Positions 1-10,339 of a DNA stretch of 64,000 bases are shown here, piece after piece. The DNA comes from an uncultured archaeon (GTDB taxonomy: Archaea; Thermoproteota; Bathyarchaeia; Bathyarchaeales; Bathycorpusculaceae), in NCBI GenBank assembly GCA_963782915.1, contig CAWALK010000019.1, positions 1-64,000 on the forward strand. The letters run 5' to 3'. How positions within the stretch are numbered: the first letter of the stretch is position 1; each line of letters opens with the position of its first letter. The notes under the pieces were generated by a model that searched no databases, had not been told where the DNA came from, and worked only from the letters and a program-made list of their open reading frames with translations. Made by a program: the position numbers and the translations under genes.

Positions 1-73
1 GCCCGGTGGGATTTGAACCCACGATCTCCGGCTCCGAAGGCCGACACCTTAATCCGTGCTAGGCTACGAGCCC
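1..73 (-). tRNA. tRNA-Arg(TCG), 3' end cut by window edge
   Basis: Reverse complement GGGCTCGTAGCCTAGCACGGATTAAGGTGTCGGCCTTCGGAGCCGGAGATCGTGGGTTCAAATCCCACCGGGC folds as a cloverleaf; anticodon loop CTTCGGA, T-loop GTTCAAATC. Confidence 0.93.
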
Positions 74-317
74 TTTTACATGCAATTAGGCTGGAATACT
101 TACATTTTAGTCTTGTGTGGGATGGACGTAAGATGGGATATTTTTCTAAGCCCTTTTCCTGTTTTACCACAGGTTTTCTCCTTCCGTAGGTAGTGCCTGC
201 CTGTTGTTCGGTTGTAGTTATACTCTTGGCAGCCTTCGACGTCACCGTTCTGTGTTACCGCGCCTTCCCAAAATCTTAAATTTAGTATGATTTTATTTTA
301 TCAAAGGGGCGCTGTAA

Positions 318-2282
318 CTGAGAAAAACCTCAACAATCCTACTGGCACTAACAATTTTGTTTTCAGTACTCCCAATCGCTTCCCCAGCTACTACACAACC
401 AATAACCATTAACCCAGACGGCAGCATAAACCCCACATCAGCACCGATAAATCGAAATGGCAGTCTACACCTTAGCAGAAGATACTTAGCATCCCAATAG
501 ATGTAAAATCAAGCAACATAATCCTGGACGGCAATGGGTACACCATGGTCGGCGATGGAAGTACTGTTGCAATAAATTTAGAATGCGTAAATGTTACCGT
601 TCAAAATTTTAGAATGGTTAGTTGGGAATGTGGCGTTTTAGGAAATTAGGATAATAACACGGTGGAAAACTGTGTTATTAACCAGTGTAGCGATTACGCC
701 ATTAAAATTTACGCTCAATACTACATAATAATTGGAAACTACCTTGAAAACAATGTTGGCGCAATTTTGATTGGGCCTGGAGGATTAAACTATGTTGCAG
801 GTAATAAAATAATTGATAACCAACATGGTCTTTGTTTCTATGATTCCAGTAACCTAGTTGTTCAAAACACTATAGAAAACTGTGCCGAAAGCGCCGTTAT
901 TCTTATCGCTCAAGCGTGGAACCAAATGATTTACGGCAACAATTTCATTAACAACACAGTAGAGCTTGATGATGGAACAATCAGTACACGGGGAAGACCT
1001 ATCCAGAGCCAAATTTTGCCTTGGGACAACGGTGTAAGCGGCAACTACTGGAGCGACTACACGGGAGCAAGAGACAGCTCAGGCATTGAAGCGACACCAA
1101 AAGTAATATTTACAAACTATGATGCAATCTGTCCGGATTTTAGTTTTTTTGACCGTTACCCACTTACATCACAGGTAAACATTGACAAGCAAATTCCAAC
1201 TGTGCAGTACATGACAAAGCAGGCTGCTGAGGCACCAAACGTGAGCAGTCAAGCGAAGTCAGTGTCTTTCTTTAAGGACGCAATGGGGCTTGACATGAAC
1301 ACGTATACGCCAGTGCTTACCTCATTTTACTATCAAACCTCTATTGCCCCCGACAAGATGTCGACACCTTTAGCCTACCAGCCAACAGAATACCTGGAGT
1401 ATGAGCTTCAAACTCACGGGCAGGGGTCTGTTGAAGCAAGAGTCACAGTTGTCGATGGCAACCTCGTTTACTGCGATTTGTTCTGCTACGGAGAGATTTT
1501 ACTTGCCAATAGCAGCTTAAACAACTACTCGAAAAGGCACAAAGCATTATTCATAACTATTACATTTGGACTGGCGCCCCAGAAGTCGAGCAAATGTCAC
1601 TAAATGTTGGCACAGCGAACAGTTCAATCGTGATTTCGAGTAACCTGCTGTTTGTTGGAAGAAACGGAACACGACAGCAATTCTCCGATTCTTATAGCCA
1701 GCAGTCATTTGGCTGGTACCATTACGTTAACGGCGTTGACTATACAGGAGTTGAATTACAATTTGAAGAAGGAAGAGAAAACATACATGAAATCTCCTTT
1801 TCAGATACCCGAACGCTCTACCAAATGGGAGATACATCAGTAAGTATTTCAGAGGAGCAGGCAATCGACATCGCAGAAAATTATGTTAAAGGTTACAGTT
1901 ACCTGGCGCCCCTGAACCCAACAGATCTGCGGTTGTAAGCGGCTTAGGAATTGGCAATGGCTCCACAGCAAGTTTAGCGACAGTTCTACGTGACCCCCAA
2001 ACGCTTTTTCCCTGCTGGGTTGTGCAGGTTCCTCTTGACGGAACCTACCCTGACTACACTACTGCCGTGACAGTGAGGATTTGGGCTGATTCGGGGCGAG
2101 TGATGGATGCCCTTCGCCAGGTATCTTATCCTTCGTATGGCGAAGAATACGGTTTATCATTGACGCCATTTTTCCAAATTTTAGAGTTGATTTTTATTGG
2201 GGCAGTTTTGGTTATAGGTGCAGTCTTGGTGATTGTTGGACTTGCCAAAAGTAGAAAAGGTAGCTCATCTAATCCTCAATAA
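318..2282 (+). CDS. Secreted/membrane-anchored NosD-type right-handed beta-helix surface protein (split by frameshifts and one in-frame TAG at 647-649; may be a pseudogene)
   Basis: Signal peptide from CTG 318, ITINPDGSI and NIILDGNG motifs, Asn-rich repeats, WDNGVSGNYWSDY..DRYPL motif; ORFs 662-1603, 1594-1938, 2022-2282 with a C-terminal TM helix. Confidence 0.7.
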
Positions 2283-2701
2283 AATTGACGGGTACAACAT
2301 CCGCTAAATCATTTTTTGGTCGTAAGCAATTTGAATAACCTAATGGGTGCATAGATGAACTAAGAAATCTTCATGGAACTTTCATAAGGTTAGGGATGGG
2401 TATCGCGTTCATAGAGAGCCATTGCCTGCCTATTGTTGCATAGAATGTAGAGTGGGATTGCGGTTTTTGATAGGTAGATGCTTTTGGCTTTTAGCGTGGC
2501 TTTTTTCATTGTTGAGTCTATGTTCTGTTGGGGCTTGTTGGATATATAATCAGCGGATTCCTTCCGTTTATTTGGTAAAGCATGCCTTTTTGTTTGCGGG
2601 GCTGGTTATTTGGTTTGGGTTGTGTTTTACCGTTTTTGGTGATTAGCATCGGAATGGAATAATGCTGATGCTTCAGCCGCTGGGAATTGTTCTTTCGGCG
2701 G

Positions 2702-3085
2702 TTAAGCGTTTGATAGTGCTTCTAAGGTAGCCCATAAACGCTTGATGGCTTGCATGCCTTCTTTTCTTGGGATGCCGCCGTAAGCAAATCCTGACTCGCT
2801 GAATTCTGTTTCGGGCACAAAGGTGAGTGCGTCAGGCCAAAAGCGGGGTGGTAAATACATTACCCAACCTTCTGTTTTTGCTATAACACCGCTGTCTGTG
2901 GGAACTATTGTTATTTCAAAAAATTTTGAGGCTGTTACAATGCCTCTGCCCCAGCGACCGTATATGTAGTCTGGTGTGTCGATGATGATTTTGACTTTGT
3001 TTTGATTTGCCCATTTCAGCACGGTGGTTTTTACTGTATCGGTTCCTTTGTTTTTGATGAGGATGTCTTTTGTTGTTCTTGTCAT
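2702..3085 (-). CDS. Hypothetical protein (127 aa)
   Basis: Clean ATG-start ORF with globular composition; family not recognised. Confidence 0.65.
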   Translation of the reverse strand: MTRTTKDILIKNKGTDTVKTTVLKWANQNKVKIIIDTPDYIYGRWGRGIVTASKFFEITIVPTDSGVIAKTEGWVMYLPPRFWPDALTFVPETEFSESGFAYGGIPRKEGMQAIKRLWATLEALSNA

Positions 3086-3184
3086 TCGAGTGGTCGTTTA
3101 TAGGTTTTAGTCGTTATCTCCTTTTATATCTTGTTTAATGAGTTTTTACTCGTTTTTTGGGAATACTTTTAGCATGGTTGTGTG

Positions 3185-3310
3185 GGCGGCTTTCATCTGA
3201 TTGGGGGCCTGATAGTGCCCGATTATATTGCGCTGTTCATTGCTTGCAAAGATATTCCTGAATTCTGTCTATATATAAGGGAGGGGGTAGTCGACAGAGC
3301 AAAAGACCTC
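3185..3310 (+). repeat. Dispersed repeat, A1 core with long left module
   Basis: CTATATATAAGGGAGGGGGTAG..AGCAAAAGACCTC; about 110 bp similar to 16081-16204 on the minus strand. Confidence 0.8.
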
Positions 3311-3401
3311 ACTTGCCTTTGCCATATCTGCTTGCAGAAAAGCCACAACCAACCCGCAACCCGCCCAAACAAAGACGCCAAAACACAACCGCCAACCAAG
3401 C

Positions 3402-3456
3402 CCGCTGGTTGTTGTTGTGTATAGGAGCTTTTGGCAACAACAACTAAACAAAAAAC
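3402..3456 (+). repeat. Dispersed repeat type B (hairpin)
   Basis: GTTGTTGTTG(3408-3417)..CAACAACAAC(3435-3444); similar copies at 29113 and 50374. Confidence 0.75.
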
Positions 3457-3552
3457 CGCTACCAGCCCAAACTCATGGTTTACGAATAAAACCTTATCCG
3501 TTATTCTTATAAACCCACACTAATATTTACTTCAGACACACCAGAAAAGTGG

Positions 3553-3630
3553 GGGCCGGTAGCTCAGCACGGCTGGAGCGTTCGACTGATAATCGAAAGG
3601 TCGGCAGTTCGAATCCGCCTCGGCCCACCA
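3553..3630 (+). tRNA. tRNA-Ile(GAT) with encoded CCA
   Basis: GGGCCGGTAGCTCAGCACGGCTGGAGCGTTCGACTGATAATCGAAAGGTCGGCAGTTCGAATCCGCCTCGGCCCACCA; anticodon loop CTGATAA. Confidence 0.96.
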
Positions 3631-3658
3631 TTCCCATTAACTTTTGCATGTTTCTGTT

Positions 3659-4717
3659 TTACTCTGATTTATCCTTCTTGGGTTCGGTTCCCGTGTGCCC
3701 CTCTTCCGCCACCGCTTGCTTCTCAGGCTTTTTGGGCTCCACGGTTTTAACTACATCCTCTTTTGTTGCCCCCTCAAATTTCTCGTCAGCCTTCCGCAGA
3801 GGTTCAACAAGTTTCTGAATTGCAGCAGGCAGATGCTTTCTCGAATGCGTCCCAACAGTGGTGGCATAAACTTTAGAGATTTCAGCGCCGAAAAGCACAA
3901 TCTGATTAAGCACAAAAATCCATAACAAAATAATCAACAAAGCGCCTGCCGCCCCCGCCACCGTAGTAACAACAAAAGCCTGAATGTACACCCCAAAAAT
4001 GTAATTAGTAATCGTGAATGCGATGCCCGTAACTGCCGCGGCTAAGGCGACATCTTGCCAATGGACTTTAGCTTCAGGAATCGTCTTGTAAATCACAGCT
4101 AAAAGCACTGTAGTTACAACAAACGATAACACAAACTGGGCTATTTCGATGGCGATTAAAGTTAAAAACTGGTTAATCGACAACGCCATAATCGCATTGA
4201 ATATGCCCCCCGCTATGGTTGTCCAAGCAATCACAATCAACCCCAAAGCTGACACCAAAGCAAACGGCACAATCTTCTGCCTAACCCTCTTCCAAAGCGG
4301 CTGCCCCTTAGGTAACGTAACCTCCCAAATGCAATCCATCGTATCACGTAGCACAGAAAAAGCGCCGATGGCACCGCCGATAGAGAAACCCACAACAACT
4401 ACTGCGGTCCAAGCCGAAGTAAACGGAGACGCCGTATTCGTGATCAATTGACTGAATAATTGCGCTACCGCCGGACCCACTACCGCTGTAATTTGCGCCA
4501 CCAAAATTTGAACCGCCTGCTCTTGGCCAAGAAACAACCCAAAAATTGCCGTGACAATCAAAAGCAACGTAGGCAGGGGCAGGATTATGAAGAATGTTAG
4601 GGCGGCAGCTCGCAGAGTTGCGCTGTCTTCCAGCCAATCCAGAAAAGCTGTCTTGAAAATGCCGTAGAGTTCCCGTGCATTCATAAAAATCAGGCGGTTA
4701 AGCTGCTTGGGATTCAA
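3659..4717 (-). CDS. YihY/virulence factor BrkB family membrane protein
   Basis: D...AAALTFF..LP, LRDTMDCIW, YKTIP, YG-equivalent 'AGAAGALLIILLWIF..QIVLFGAE' pattern; six TM helices. Confidence 0.88.
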   Translation of the reverse strand: MNPKQLNRLIFMNARELYGIFKTAFLDWLEDSATLRAAALTFFIILPLPTLLLIVTAIFGLFLGQEQAVQILVAQITAVVGPAVAQLFSQLITNTASPFTSAWTAVVVVGFSIGGAIGAFSVLRDTMDCIWEVTLPKGQPLWKRVRQKIVPFALVSALGLIVIAWTTIAGGIFNAIMALSINQFLTLIAIEIAQFVLSFVVTTVLLAVIYKTIPEAKVHWQDVALAAAVTGIAFTITNYIFGVYIQAFVVTTVAGAAGALLIILLWIFVLNQIVLFGAEISKVYATTVGTHSRKHLPAAIQKLVEPLRKADEKFEGATKEDVVKTVEPKKPEKQAVAEEGHTGTEPKKDKSE

Positions 4718-4829
4718 GTTTTAGGTCTCTATGCCCATTATATGGATTTGTTGTTGCAGCCGGGCAATCACAGCATGGCTTGGCAGCAATAGTTTTTTAA
4801 ACAAACCCTCCTGACTTACTAGTCAGAGG

Positions 4830-5210
4830 TTGAATGCTTTGAGCAGTAAAGAAGACGAAATGTTAATTGAGTTACGAAAAATCCGTGAAGCAGTAGAAAA
4901 AGCACCCCCCGCAGCACCACCCAAGGGCCTATGGAATGAATTCAAAGATTTTCTATCCAAATACAAAATCTTTGGGTTAGCTGTCGCATTTGTCTTAGGT
5001 CTCTATCTTGGCATATTAGTTCAGGCGCTGGTTAAAGATTTGCTGCTGCCTGCGATAGGTTTGTTAATTCCGGGCATGGACAACCTAGCAACAGCAACAG
5101 CGGGGCCATTCGCATACGGTGACTTCTTAGTGGCAGTGATTACCTTCATCATAGTAGCCTTCATAGTGTTCTTAGCGGTGAAGGTCGCCAAACGTTGGAA
5201 AATCGAGTAA
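4830..5210 (+). CDS. mscL: Large-conductance mechanosensitive channel MscL (atypical domain order)
   Basis: EFKDFL, LAVAFVLG, LVKDLLLP, YGDFLVAVITFIIVAF motifs. Confidence 0.85.
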   Translation: MNALSSKEDEMLIELRKIREAVEKAPPAAPPKGLWNEFKDFLSKYKIFGLAVAFVLGLYLGILVQALVKDLLLPAIGLLIPGMDNLATATAGPFAYGDFLVAVITFIIVAFIVFLAVKVAKRWKIE

Positions 5211-5246
5211 ACTGACAAAAATCAGTTTCTCTCCCTTTCTTTTACA

Positions 5247-6303
5247 CTAACACTGCAGTTTAGGCTTGTATATGCAGTAGGGTTCCTCAGCCAAATGATA
5301 TCTATGCAGTGCTAATGCTCTTGCACGGCAGCCACCACACCCAACCCTGAACTCGCATATACCGCATTTGCCCGTGAGTTGGTTGTGGTCTCGCAATTCG
5401 GTAAATAGAGGCGATTTTGATAGATTACTTTCAAGCTACTTTGCCTAACATTGCCCGCAACTATTGGTAAGAAACCGCAGCCGAAAACTTCGCCCATATG
5501 GGAAACGAAGCAGAAACCGTTGCCTGCCATGCAGCCTCTGCCAAAAACAGATTGCCCCTCTTTCGTTTGTTGTGCAATGATGCGTGTGTATTGGGGTGCG
5601 CAAGTCGTTTTGATTGGGATCGGCGAGTTAAGGCTAAGTTTGTAGATATATTGTAGGGTTGTCTCATATTGGCTTGGAGTTATTTCCATCTCAACTTTGC
5701 CTCTGCCTGTTGGAACCAGCATGAAGACATCCCATTCTTTAGCACCTACTTCCACAGCCAATTCAGGATTGCAGACAAATCGGTAATGTTGTGCTTGGTA
5801 ACCGTGGTGTTAATGCGAAAAGCCAAATTGCCCTCTTTGGCGTAAGCCATATTTCTCATCGCTAAATCGAAAGCGCCATTCACCTGCCGAAAGTTGTCGT
5901 GGATTTCAGCTGTTGAACCGTCAAGGCTTAAAGAAATCATCTTTACCCCCGACACCTTCATTTTTTCGATGGTCTGCGGTGTTATGTCGCTGCCGCTTGG
6001 AGACATAACCACCCTAATGCCTAACTGGGATGCGTAAGATGCGATTTCAAAGATGTCCTTTCGCTGCAGTGGATCGCCGCCGCTGATGATTAAGATGGGT
6101 TTGCAGAAGTCCGCGATTTGATCCATTAGGTTGAGTGCTTCTTGCGTGGTTAGTTGATTGGGGTCAGGCTCTTTTTGGGCTTGAGCACGGCAGTGTCGGC
6201 AGGCAAAGTTGCAGGCTCGGGTGGATTCCCAAGCAATCACTCGAGGCGCTAAAGCGCTGTTTTGGGAACTGAGGGGGTGATGTGGAGTTGCCATGCCTGT
6301 CAC
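5247..6303 (-). CDS. ahbD: Radical SAM/SPASM haem b synthase AhbD (frameshifted, three or more pieces)
   Basis: WESTRACNFACRHCRA, FMLVPTGRG, TCAPQY, GCMAG; shifted-frame C-terminus GKCGICEFRVGCGGCRARA..EEPYC. Confidence 0.85.
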
Positions 6304-7449
6304 TTAGGGGAGATTTCTTTGTCTGTTAAGTAGCATGCGGGGTCAGGTGCCCAAACATCCCCATAAATAGCCTGCGCTCTAACCCGAAGGTTGCCATTGC
6401 AGATATCCAAGAACTGGCAGGTTGAGCATTTGCCATTAAGGTGGCTTTTTCGGTTCCTCAGAGCCCCCAGTAATGGTTCGGTTTCGTCGGTCCAGATTTC
6501 GCTGAATTTACGTTCCAACACATTTCCCATTGAGTAGTGTCGCCAGAACTGGTCAGGATGCACATAAGCCTTCGGAGTCTATGCAGCCGATGCCTTTGCC
6601 TGAACTGTTCCCCTTGTTTAGCTTTAAGAGGCTTAGGACTTCTTTTGCTTGTGTGGGATTTTTTTCTTTTAGTTTTAGGTAAAGATAAGCTGCGTCTGCG
6701 TGATTGTCTACGGTTAAAATCTCTGTATTGAGGTTTTTTGTGTGGAATTCCTCAGCTTTTGCTAATATAGTATCCATGAATTCGCGGGTCTGTTCATGTG
6801 TGAGGTCATTGTTTGCTATACTGGAACCTCTGCCTGCGTAAGCTAAATGGTAGAAGCAAGCTCGAGGAATCTTTTCGGTTTCTATTAACTCAAAAATCTT
6901 GTTTAAGTCGGGATAGTTGTGTTTGGTTACTGTGAAGCGTAAACCTGGTTTAACGCCTGCTTCTTTGCAGTTGCGAATTCCTTTGATTGCGACTTGGAAA
7001 GCGTTTGGGGCGCCTCTGAATTTGTTGTTGGTTTCTTCTATGCCGTCTAAACTGACGCCGACATAGGAGAACCCTGCCGTTTTAAGTTGCTCTGCGACTG
7101 TTCGGGTGATGAGTGTGCCGTTTGTGGATAACACAACTCTTATGCCGCTGTCGCTGGCAAGTTTCGCTAACTCAAAGAGGTCATGCCTAAGTAGTGGTTC
7201 ACCGCCCGAAAACAAGAGCACAGGAACCCCATAATCGGCGAGGTCAGCTATGAGCGCTTTGCCTTGAGCGGTTGTTAATTCGTTTGGGTAAATTTTGTCA
7301 TCCGAGTTAGAGTAGCAGTGTATGCAGTGTAGGTTGCAGCGTCGGGTGCTGTTCCAGACAACGACGGGTTTTTGATTGGTGGAGTCGCTGTATCGCAGGT
7401 TATCCATGGAGCCTGGTGTGCCGCACCAGAGTTTTGTGATGTTTAACAT
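6300..7449 (-). CDS. ahbC: Radical SAM Fe-coproporphyrin III synthase AhbC (one frameshift near 6560)
   Basis: KPVVVWNSTRRCNLHCIHCY, RACFYHLAYAGRG, LTVDNHAD, GNSSG, HPDQFW, CNGNLRVRA..WAPDPACYL. Confidence 0.92.
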
Positions 7450-7916
7450 TGTTGTGTCTCCTTTGGTTGTGGAGTTTTTAGGTTTCTTTTAGTGTAGAGA
7501 ATCGAGTATTCCATAAGACCAGTGGCAGTTGAAAGTGTAGTTACTAACTGTTGGATTGTTTCACGTTCATGCGCATGCATAACGGTGTAAATGTTGTATT
7601 CCCATTTTCCAGCCACGGTTTCACGTTCATAGCAATGGCTGATTTCGTTGTATTCTGAAAAGAGCTTTCCTATTTCTTCAACTCGGCTTTGGGGAACCTT
7701 CCATGCCACCAACGCATTTGCCAAGAATCCCACACTATTTGGTTTAAGAGAAGCGCCAAATCGCCTAATAACGCCTGTCTCTTGTAGTCTTTTTAGGCGC
7801 TCAATTACTTCTTTTGGGGTAATTCCTACTTGAGCCGCGATTTCCTTGAAGGGTTCAGAAGTCAGTTGCAGTCCCTTTTCGGTTTCAAGTAGGATTTTGT
7901 GGTCAATTGCATCCAT
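7443..7916 (-). CDS. ahbB: Sirohaem decarboxylase beta subunit AhbB
   Basis: IRRFGA, NALVAWKV, ISHCYER..WEYNIYTVMH; start overlaps the ahbA stop (TAATG). Confidence 0.88.
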   Translation of the reverse strand: MDAIDHKILLETEKGLQLTSEPFKEIAAQVGITPKEVIERLKRLQETGVIRRFGASLKPNSVGFLANALVAWKVPQSRVEEIGKLFSEYNEISHCYERETVAGKWEYNIYTVMHAHERETIQQLVTTLSTATGLMEYSILYTKRNLKTPQPKETQQC

Positions 7917-8411
7917 TATTTGTGCAGCTCCGTTTGGGTTACTTGGAAGTGGACGCGGATTTTGAAGCACTGTTTGGTGGGCAAATTCAGCAGACCATTT
8001 GGAGCTGTTTTCTGCGTAATTTCAGCTAAAGCAGCATTTAGCATGGTTTCGTCGGGTGCTTTTAACGTAAACCATACATTGAATTCGTTTTCGCGTTCAT
8101 AATTGTGTGAGACTCCAGCGTACTGGTTTATGATTTCTGCCGCTTGGTCTACTTTGGTTTGGGGTACCTTGATTGCAACCAACGTAGCAGCGGTTAACCC
8201 CATTTTTGAGGTGTCGAGGATTGCGCCGATTTTTTTGGTTACGCCCTGCTGGTTTAATCGCTTGTAGGCGGGTTAGTATGTGGTCTTCGGTGAGGTTGAG
8301 TTTGTCGCCTATTTCTTTGTAGGGGTGTTCAACCAGGGGGAATTTGTCTTGGATGATTTGGATTATTTTTCTGTCGGTTTCGTCTATGATTGGGGTGTCT
8401 TGGTTGATCAT
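7916..8411 (-). CDS. ahbA: Sirohaem decarboxylase alpha subunit AhbA (frameshifted near 8250)
   Basis: IQDKFPLVEHPY, TLVAIKVP, GVSHNYER..FNVWFTL, LPTK..FKI. Confidence 0.86.
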
Positions 8412-8561
8412 TTTGTCACCTTGGTGGCTAGCTGGCGGTGATGTTTTATGCAAGCTAACCCATGTACTGTTACTTCTTTAGTGACATTTCGTATTAACAT
8501 TGCGGAAAAACGGTGTTTATGCGCCTGATTCTTGCTGATTCAGCAACATGCTTGACTGTCG

Positions 8562-9020
8562 TTATTGAAATTTGATGGAAGAATCATTTTTCAAAAATCT
8601 AGTAGTCATAGACACACGCGCATCCTTAACACCCTCAATCATCTTCGTTCTCTTAACAACATCATTAAAATGCGCCAAGTTATGAGCAAAAACCACCGAA
8701 ACAATATCATATTCACCCGTGCTCTGAAAAAGATACACTGTTTCGCTAAAAGCAGTTAATTGTTTACATGCTTGTTCTAAATGTGTTGGCTCAATCTTTA
8801 GCAGGATTGCTCCCGAAACTCCGAGCCCTATTTTGGTTGGGTCAATTACTGCGGCGAAATGGGTGATGATTTTGTTGTCTTCGAGCCGTTTGACTCGGAA
8901 TCGGATTGTGGCTTCGGCGGTGTTTAGTTTTCGGCTTAAATCAGCGAAGGATATTCTGCCGTCTTGCTGTAGGATTTCTATTATGCGTTTGTCTAAGTCG
9001 TCTATTGTGATCTCTGTCAT
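8562..9020 (-). CDS. Lrp/AsnC family transcriptional regulator
   Basis: DDLDKRIIEILQQDGRISF..RVKRL HTH; TGEYD effector domain. Confidence 0.9.
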   Translation of the reverse strand: MTEITIDDLDKRIIEILQQDGRISFADLSRKLNTAEATIRFRVKRLEDNKIITHFAAVIDPTKIGLGVSGAILLKIEPTHLEQACKQLTAFSETVYLFQSTGEYDIVSVVFAHNLAHFNDVVKRTKMIEGVKDARVSMTTRFLKNDSSIKFQ

Positions 9021-9083
9021 TTTGGGTACAGGTGTTAGTTATCGTTGTTACTATGATAAGAAAATTTCTGTAGGGTTGTGGGG

Positions 9084-9269
9084 TTATTTGGCGTTTGGGT
9101 GCTGGGTTATGTGTGTTGGTTGGGGTGTTGTTGGTGTTTGGGTTTTGTAGTTTTTTAGTCCTGTTATGATTAGGTGTTCGATGAAGGTGCTGCGTTTTTC
9201 TCTTCCTCGGATGTTTTCGAGTTCTCGGAAGAGTTTTTGGTCCATGGTTATGCTTATGTTGTGCTTCAT
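9084..9269 (-). CDS. Small ribbon-helix-helix protein
   Basis: KHNISITMD beta-strand, then helices with KRSTFIEHLI. Confidence 0.6.
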   Translation of the reverse strand: MKHNISITMDQKLFRELENIRGREKRSTFIEHLIITGLKNYKTQTPTTPQPTHITQHPNAK

Positions 9270-9288
9270 GCTGTAAACCTCTTACACA

Positions 9289-9307
9289 CAGTATACTTGG
9301 TATACAG
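9289..9307. promoter_or_regulatory. Palindromic operator candidate between divergent RHH genes
   Basis: CAGTATAC-TTG-GTATACAG (two GTATAC boxes). Confidence 0.4.
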
Positions 9308-9355
9308 AAAAGCTTTATTAGCTTTTTTATACAAAATAACGTCAAGGCACCACCC

Positions 9356-9793
9356 ATGAAAACCCTCAGAATATCAGACGACGCACACCAAAAACTAACC
9401 GCCATGCTAGGAGAAATAACCGCCCAAACCATGAAAATGCAAACCTACACAGACGCCATAGAAAACATGCTCTCCACAAGCATCTCCCTACCCCCCGAAC
9501 TACTAAACGAAACACAAAGCTTCGTAGAAGCAAACCGCCAACTCGGCTACACCAGCCGCGAAGAATTCATCCGCGACGCCATACGCACACAACTCCGCCT
9601 CACAAAAGAACAATCTACCTTCGTTGAAATCCCCAAAGAAGAATATGATAAAGCCCAGCAAGCCCTCCAAGATTTAGGCACCGAATTTTTGAACGTTGAC
9701 GACTTCATTAACAAGCAAATTCGCGCTCTGCTGGAGAAGTATCAGGAATGGAGTAAGCAAAAAGAAGAGTATGAACGGAAAAAAATCCGTTAG
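9356..9793 (+). CDS. Multi-RHH (CopG/NikR-like) DNA-binding protein
   Basis: MKTLRISDDAH, SISLPPEL..GYTSREEFIRDAIR, VEIPKE..NVDDFI: three RHH-like units. Confidence 0.7.
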   Translation: MKTLRISDDAHQKLTAMLGEITAQTMKMQTYTDAIENMLSTSISLPPELLNETQSFVEANRQLGYTSREEFIRDAIRTQLRLTKEQSTFVEIPKEEYDKAQQALQDLGTEFLNVDDFINKQIRALLEKYQEWSKQKEEYERKKIR

Positions 9794-10090
9794 AAGACCC
9801 CTGTTTGAGAGCACACTTAATTCCGCTCTTGGAAGCTACCTCCCTAACGCAGATACTAGAAACCAGCGCATTACAGAGCCCTTGGAAGATGAGTAGAGAA
9901 GTCTTAGCCATTATCTGCTAAAAGGAAAGAACAAAACCATAAAACGCCCAACAAACCATAAACACTAGCCAACTAACAAAACCATTCTAGTCTTAAAACA
10001 ACTGCAAACAAAACTGCTACCGAACCCAACAAACGCCCAGCCTCACAAACTGAAAGATTGCACCCATACAATCCCCAAGCCCCATGCTAG

Positions 10091-10154
10091 GCAGTTGTGG
10101 AGCCTATAAATAAGGGAGGGGGTAGGTGCTGAGAGCAAAAGACCTCGTCTTTTC
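10091..10154 (+). repeat. Dispersed repeat, A2 core
   Basis: GCAGTTGTGGAGCCTATAAATAAGGGAGGGGGTAG..AGCAAAAGACCTCGTCTTTT with terminal hairpin AAAAGAC/GTCTTTT. Confidence 0.78.
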
Positions 10155-10339
10155 GGTCTGCGGTTTATTGAACAACTAGTCCACAGCCCCATAAAACCCC
10201 TTTTGATTTATCCTCAAAAAGCGATTTTATTGAATAAAGAGCTGCATCTTTACTCCTAATATTTTATATAGCACTTGATTGCACAAGCAAGCGATTAAAC
10301 GCAGTTACAAACTGCAAATCAGATAATGGAGAATCCCTA

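Noticed and set aside
647-649. In-frame TAG in the NosD-like gene (GVLGN*DNNTVEN) as possible pyrrolysine read-through
   Set aside because: The gene also has frameshifts, a TGG-to-TAG change explains it simply, TAG serves as a normal stop elsewhere in the window, and no pyl genes are visible.
3182-3451. Short ORFs over the repeat elements (also 15819-16459, 28989-29171, 35831-36088)
   Set aside because: They translate low-complexity repeat DNA and show no protein-like features.
1-3630. Region between the two tRNAs as an integrated element
   Set aside because: No integrase and no duplicated tRNA 3' end (att site) found.
3549-3818. 89-aa ORF overlapping tRNA-Ile
   Set aside because: Shadow translation of the tRNA and antisense of yihY.
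10091-10154. A-core G-strings as Orc1/Cdc6 origin recognition boxes
   Set aside because: They lack the TCCA..GAAAC ORB core, are scattered across the window, and no cdc6 is adjacent.
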